In this document: positions 59,777 to 64,000 of the stretch, piece after piece
How positions within the stretch are numbered: position 1 is the stretch's first letter
Layout of the letters: every line of letters starts with the position of its first letter
Origin: an archaeon
GTDB lineage: Archaea; Asgardarchaeota; Thorarchaeia; Thorarchaeales; Thorarchaeaceae
Length of the DNA: 64,000 nucleotides
Direction: 5' to 3'
Assembly (NCBI GenBank): GCA_024276825.1
Contig: JAJRWI010000007.1
Span: forward strand, 1 to 64,000
Translations under genes and position numbers: made by a program
The notes under the pieces: generated by a model
Told to the model about the DNA's origin: nothing
Databases searched by the model: none
Seen by the model: only the letters and a program-made list of their open reading frames with translations

Positions 59777-61737
59777 TATTGCGCACCTCCTGTAAATGCA
59801 ACAGAGGCAAGAATTCGCTCTGCTCCTGGCAGGCGTTCAAAGATTCTTCTGTAATGCTCAGAAGTCCTAAGGAGATCCTCGTGGCTCCCTGCTGCAATTA
59901 GCCTTCCCTTGTCGAGTATCACAATAAAGTCAGATTCGATCAGAGTACGAAGCCTTTGCGTCACAGTAATGCTAGTCCGCTCCTTCATCACTTCATCAAG
60001 GGCTTTTCTCATCAGAAACTCGGTATGAGCATCAACAGCACTTACAGAGTCATCAAGAAGTAGAATCTTCGGATCTTGAATCAGGGCTCTGGCAATGGCA
60101 AGACGCTGTCGTTGACCCCCGCTGAGTGTCATTCCCCGTTCGCCAATCATCGTGTCATAGCCATTGGGAAGCTTGACAATAAACTCATGCGCTTGAGCCC
60201 TCTTGGCAGCCTCGATAACCTCCTCATCTGTAGCGTTGGGTCTTCCAAATGATATATTCTCGCGTATGGTCATTCTGAAGAGAAAGATGTCCTGCTCGAC
60301 AAGGCCCACATTGTCACGAACCACCTTGGTGGGGACCTCTCGAAGATCAACACCACCAACTGATACTGTTCCTTCGGTAGGATCATACAACCTGAGTAAG
60401 AGCTTTAATAGGGTGCTCTTTCCCCCACCTGGCCCTCCTATTACTGCCACTCTTGAACCACCAGGGATTGTGAGTGAAAAGTCCTTCAATGCATAATGGG
60501 AACGACTTTCATTATTACGGCCATAAACAAAGCTGACATTATCGAACACAATGTCACCAGACCAGTCTACCTCTGGGGTTGCTTCAGGTTCAACAAGAGG
60601 ATCCTGATAGTTCAGGATGTTCACTATTCTTTGCGCATTGACATAGCCGCCTCGTAACATCAACAGCATTCGGGGAATCATATAATTGATTCCGGCGACT
60701 GATAATAGAAGAGTCAGTACCTGTATCAATGCGCCTCTGGACATAAGGCCATTCAGTGCTGCAAATGACCCATAGAGAAATGCCACTGTTGTCATTCCAA
60801 TTAGGACAAGTGCTGGAATATAGAATGCAGCCAATCGTCCCTCACGAGCCACTACATTCTCATAATTCTCAGCGATTCTTTGAAACTTTCTCTCTTCTGT
60901 ATCCTCCCTTCCGAATGCCCTGACAACTTCAATACCTTGAAAGACGCTCTGTGAGATAGAGGTTAGATACTCCATTGTTTCAGACCTCCTTCTTCTGACA
61001 GGCTCAATCTGGTTAGCGTAGCGATAAGCAAAATAGAGATAGAATGGAGAGCCTACCAGCATTATCAGGGTGAACATCGGGACAGGATATGAGAAAGACA
61101 TTAGGGTTGATGACAGCCCCGCAGTCAAGTCTACAATGGCAAAAGACACCCCTGACATTGTAATTGATGAGATGAGATGAAGGATTGCCACAAAGGCAGT
61201 ACCGTTCAATGTAAAGAATCCGACTAAGGTCTCAGTCCTGTCTATGAAGGCAAGCAATATGCCAGTCAGAGCAAAGGACGCTAGGCCATTGATGAGATTG
61301 CGTAAGGCAGGGTTCATTGAGAACCTGATCCAACTAATGTCCTGCATTGCCACAGAGAGCATTCTCTTGCTGTCAATCTCATCATGGAATGTCATGCTGA
61401 ACTCTTGCAGTTTCTCAAAGAACTCCTGTCGAGCATCACGTTCCCAAGCGAGTGTGACATAGGCCCAAACATAACCCACTCCAAAATACATGACCATGTA
61501 GATTAATGTGAGAATAACGATAGTGATCACGAATGACATGAAGGTGGGAGTGATTGCCATAGAGGCCTCAAGTTCATCAATGGCATCACCAAGTATCATA
61601 AGTGGGACTACCATTAATATGGCGGATACTACTGTTAGAACTGTTGCAAAGGTGATTGCTACTGGATGCTTAAGCAGACCTCCAAACATGTAATGAAAGG
61701 CAGACCTGCGTTGAGTATTATCATTCCGTGCCATCAT
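59776..61737 (-). CDS. ABC exporter, fused TMD-NBD (half carrying the degenerate Walker B and H-loop)
   Basis: GGPGGGKST, LSGGQRQ, LLDDSVS (Asp for Glu) and TQRL (Gln for His), as in TM287/288-type heterodimers. Confidence 0.92.
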   Translation of the reverse strand: MMARNDNTQRRSAFHYMFGGLLKHPVAITFATVLTVVSAILMVVPLMILGDAIDELEASMAITPTFMSFVITIVILTLIYMVMYFGVGYVWAYVTLAWERDARQEFFEKLQEFSMTFHDEIDSKRMLSVAMQDISWIRFSMNPALRNLINGLASFALTGILLAFIDRTETLVGFFTLNGTAFVAILHLISSITMSGVSFAIVDLTAGLSSTLMSFSYPVPMFTLIMLVGSPFYLYFAYRYANQIEPVRRRRSETMEYLTSISQSVFQGIEVVRAFGREDTEERKFQRIAENYENVVAREGRLAAFYIPALVLIGMTTVAFLYGSFAALNGLMSRGALIQVLTLLLSVAGINYMIPRMLLMLRGGYVNAQRIVNILNYQDPLVEPEATPEVDWSGDIVFDNVSFVYGRNNESRSHYALKDFSLTIPGGSRVAVIGGPGGGKSTLLKLLLRLYDPTEGTVSVGGVDLREVPTKVVRDNVGLVEQDIFLFRMTIRENISFGRPNATDEEVIEAAKRAQAHEFIVKLPNGYDTMIGERGMTLSGGQRQRLAIARALIQDPKILLLDDSVSAVDAHTEFLMRKALDEVMKERTSITVTQRLRTLIESDFIVILDKGRLIAAGSHEDLLRTSEHYRRIFERLPGAERILASVAFTGGAQ

Positions 61738-62282
61738 TGTTCCTCCCCAATGAGTTCACGAAGCTCTGTCAGAGCATCAAGAAGGAGGTCAATCTTGCGA
61801 ATCACTCTCTTCCTTGATGCCTTCTTAAGATTATCAGCCCCCGCACGAATTTCCTCAATTGTGTTCGAGATGCCGTTAATCTGAAACTCGAGTCGCTCAA
61901 TGGGGTCGAATAAATGAAACCAGATCATTCGCCCAATTTGGGCCCGTGGTCTGAACTGCTTTTGCTTCATCATTATGTCCAGCTGCTTTCGTCCAGACTC
62001 TGTCAGCCGATACACCTTGCTTCGACCCTCAATTTGGATAGTTTCGATGATGCCCTCGTCCTCAAGGTTTCTGAGAAGGGGATATATTGAGCCTGGACTG
62101 GGCTTCCATTTGCCCCGTGTGTGTTCCTCAAATATCTGCATGATTTGAGAACCAGTCAGGTCCCTATCACGCATGATGCGTATTATCAGAAACTTCAGCA
62201 GGCCCCGTGGTATGGAGTGCATCATTCTGGGGTCCAAACAATCGGACAGGTCGTGAGGAGATCCTTTCAAGTAATTCACCAC
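61734..62282 (-). CDS. PadR family transcriptional regulator
   Basis: LKFLII, G.QIM, W.PSPGSIYPLL..LE.EG.I, KVYRLTESG; true start may be TTG 62270 or ATG 62226. Confidence 0.9.
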   Translation of the reverse strand: MVNYLKGSPHDLSDCLDPRMMHSIPRGLLKFLIIRIMRDRDLTGSQIMQIFEEHTRGKWKPSPGSIYPLLRNLEDEGIIETIQIEGRSKVYRLTESGRKQLDIMMKQKQFRPRAQIGRMIWFHLFDPIERLEFQINGISNTIEEIRAGADNLKKASRKRVIRKIDLLLDALTELRELIGEEQ

Positions 62283-62356
62283 AATATATCGAATGCGATA
62301 TTAGCGCCAACTGAGTCAGGATATAAATATATCGAATGTGATATTGAATGCGATAA
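62283..62356. promoter_or_regulatory. Repeated palindromic operator, probable PadR autoregulatory sites
   Basis: aatatatcgaatgcgatatt (62283-62302) and aatatatcgaatgtgatatt (62326-62345), core ATATCG-AATG-CGATAT; third degenerate copy at 62341-62356. Confidence 0.7.
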
Positions 62357-62425
62357 TATCACAAGGATAAGTTTGATAAGGTATTGCCCCAGAACAACAG
62401 CAATTAGAGTTGCAGGTGGAACAAA

Positions 62426-64000
62426 TTGGGAGAGAAGGCAAAGGTAAAAGAAACAGTAAGACTCTACTCAAAAGTCTGGAAGCTCCCCACGTTCAGAGGC
62501 ATACTTGCTCGAATTGCAATGTCTGTGATAGTAGCTTCGTTTCTAATGGGGACCATGAGAAGTGCTACAAGTGGCTCACCAGTCCTTAACACTCTAGCAA
62601 GCTATCTTGTCATCCTTGCTCTACCTGCAACCATTGGAACTGCATTGCTCTATCTGATTGTGAGGGAGAAGAACTCACCATTAGACATTAGACGAACAAG
62701 CGGAGTGATGCAATATGCGCTCTTCATTTGGCTATCACTGGGTAGCGTAGGTGCATTGATTGATTTCATTTTAATGAGCGACATTTTTGAGATGCGACTC
62801 ATGCTAGTAGGAATGATTGCATTCTTCATATTCGCATCCTTCTTGGTCACTGGACTTAGCGACCGCAATGTCATCAGGAATTTCATTGCGGCTGCCATGC
62901 CAGGATCAATATGGCTGGTGTCTGCTTTAATCGTCCAGAGTACATCATTACTGCCAGACTTCCCGCAATTTTGGTGGCTGTATGTCATTATCTGTACTCC
63001 AATAGCTGCTTATTCTGTCCACCACATATTCAAATCTGTTAGTGCGCCGTTTGACAGAGACCTTGGAATCAATGGTCCTGCATTACTGCGAGCATTTGGA
63101 CACGAATATCTTTGCGATAATCCATTGCCCTTTGAACAGCTGATGAGTCAAATCGCAAGCATTCAGGATGTCCCGTTGGATATCATCATCCTGCGTAATA
63201 ATGAGGAATTGGTGGCAGTTGCCATAAATCTGCTGATACATCCTGGACCATTTAGGAATATTGGTAGTAGCGGCCTCCCATCAGAAATTATAAAGTATGT
63301 GAGGGATCATTACAATATACCGACGTTTGTGTTTCATGGCACTTGTACGCATCACCAGAATCTGACTTCAAAAGAGGATTTTGAGAGTGTGTTTGAGGAA
63401 CTCGACAGATTAATCAAAAGCACTGAAACCAGCAATAGTGCGTCGGGACCATTCTGGATGCCCAACAGCAAGTTCAAGGCTTGGACTCTTTTCGTAGGGG
63501 CAAATGCCCTTGTCATCACAACAAGCGCCCCAGAATATACTGACGATATTGCCCTTGATGTGGCCATACAGGCCGCCGAAAAAGTGCGATATGAAGTGCC
63601 CAAGATTGAGGGTGTGACAATTGCGGATGCCCATAATTGCATCAATGACAATGCAGTTTCTGTGATGCCTGATGATCCTGAGGCCCAAGAATACATAGAT
63701 TGCGTGGTTGATGCTGTGAGGGAATCAAGCGGAAGGCCTGCGGGGCAAATACATGCTGGAATTCATCAAGAAACTGAAACTGGTATTACCATAAAGGAAG
63801 GAATCGGTCCGGGCGGCATCACAGCCATGGTTCTAAGGAATAACAATAGAACTACTGTATGGATATCAATCGATGGCAACAATATGGAACCAGGGATGAG
63901 AGAGGAGATTCAGAATGCCCTGATTCAGAGGGGCTTTGATGCAGCGGAGGTCACTACAACAGACACACACATTGTAAATGCAATATCACTATCCAGCAAG
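62426..64000 (+). CDS. DUF2070 (COG3356) family membrane protein, runs off the right edge
   Basis: Absent from the ORF track. Hand translation from TTG 62426 (after AGGTGG): MGEKAKVKETVRLYSKVWKLP..., TM region, HPGPFRNIGSS, FHG..TH..N, DAHN, GIGPGGI, IDGNNM, TTDTH.VN. Confidence 0.85.
   Translation, partial: MGEKAKVKETVRLYSKVWKLPTFRGILARIAMSVIVASFLMGTMRSATSGSPVLNTLASYLVILALPATIGTALLYLIVREKNSPLDIRRTSGVMQYALFIWLSLGSVGALIDFILMSDIFEMRLMLVGMIAFFIFASFLVTGLSDRNVIRNFIAAAMPGSIWLVSALIVQSTSLLPDFPQFWWLYVIICTPIAAYSVHHIFKSVSAPFDRDLGINGPALLRAFGHEYLCDNPLPFEQLMSQIASIQDVPLDIIILRNNEELVAVAINLLIHPGPFRNIGSSGLPSEIIKYVRDHYNIPTFVFHGTCTHHQNLTSKEDFESVFEELDRLIKSTETSNSASGPFWMPNSKFKAWTLFVGANALVITTSAPEYTDDIALDVAIQAAEKVRYEVPKIEGVTIADAHNCINDNAVSVMPDDPEAQEYIDCVVDAVRESSGRPAGQIHAGIHQETETGITIKEGIGPGGITAMVLRNNNRTTVWISIDGNNMEPGMREEIQNALIQRGFDAAEVTTTDTHIVNAISLSSK

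Overview
Chromosomal DNA from an archaeon, very probably an Asgard archaeon of Thorarchaeia type. This is inferred from a two-domain eukaryote-like Rpo5/Rpb5, a longin-domain protein, ZPR1, DUF2070, an SMC5/6-like operon and GGTGA/GGAGG ribosome-binding sites. From left to right the window holds: (1) a truncated secreted protein with an N-terminal CxxCH and 273-bp Ig-like repeats; (2) rpo5 and housekeeping genes; (3) a surface-glycan/nonulosonic-acid cluster (wecB, neuA-pseG fusion, neuB, glycosyltransferases, wecC); (4) MEMO1, an MFS transporter, an ACT protein and an apparently orphan N6-DNA methyltransferase; (5) a glycyl-radical enzyme operon of unknown substrate; (6) a NuoE/F/G-like plus NfnAB-like flavin/Fe-S operon with an in-frame TAG in nfnB; (7) a divergent locus with a MoxR AAA+ and a HExxH-vWA gene on one side, and a pseudo-AAA, SMC5/6-like ATPase, kleisin, MAGE/Nse3-like KITE and Zn-ribbon/wHTH gene on the other; (8) a structured intergenic element, a large secreted metalloprotease, a K+-independent H+-PPase, tRNA-Ala(UGC), ZPR1, a longin/NPRL2-like protein, a PadR-controlled heterodimeric ABC exporter and a truncated DUF2070 gene. 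No rRNA, CRISPR array, transposase or integrase was seen. The best candidate for an undescribed system is the SMC5/6-like locus with its AAA/MoxR/vWA partners (39-48.7 kb). All family calls come from reading motifs by eye; no searches were run.
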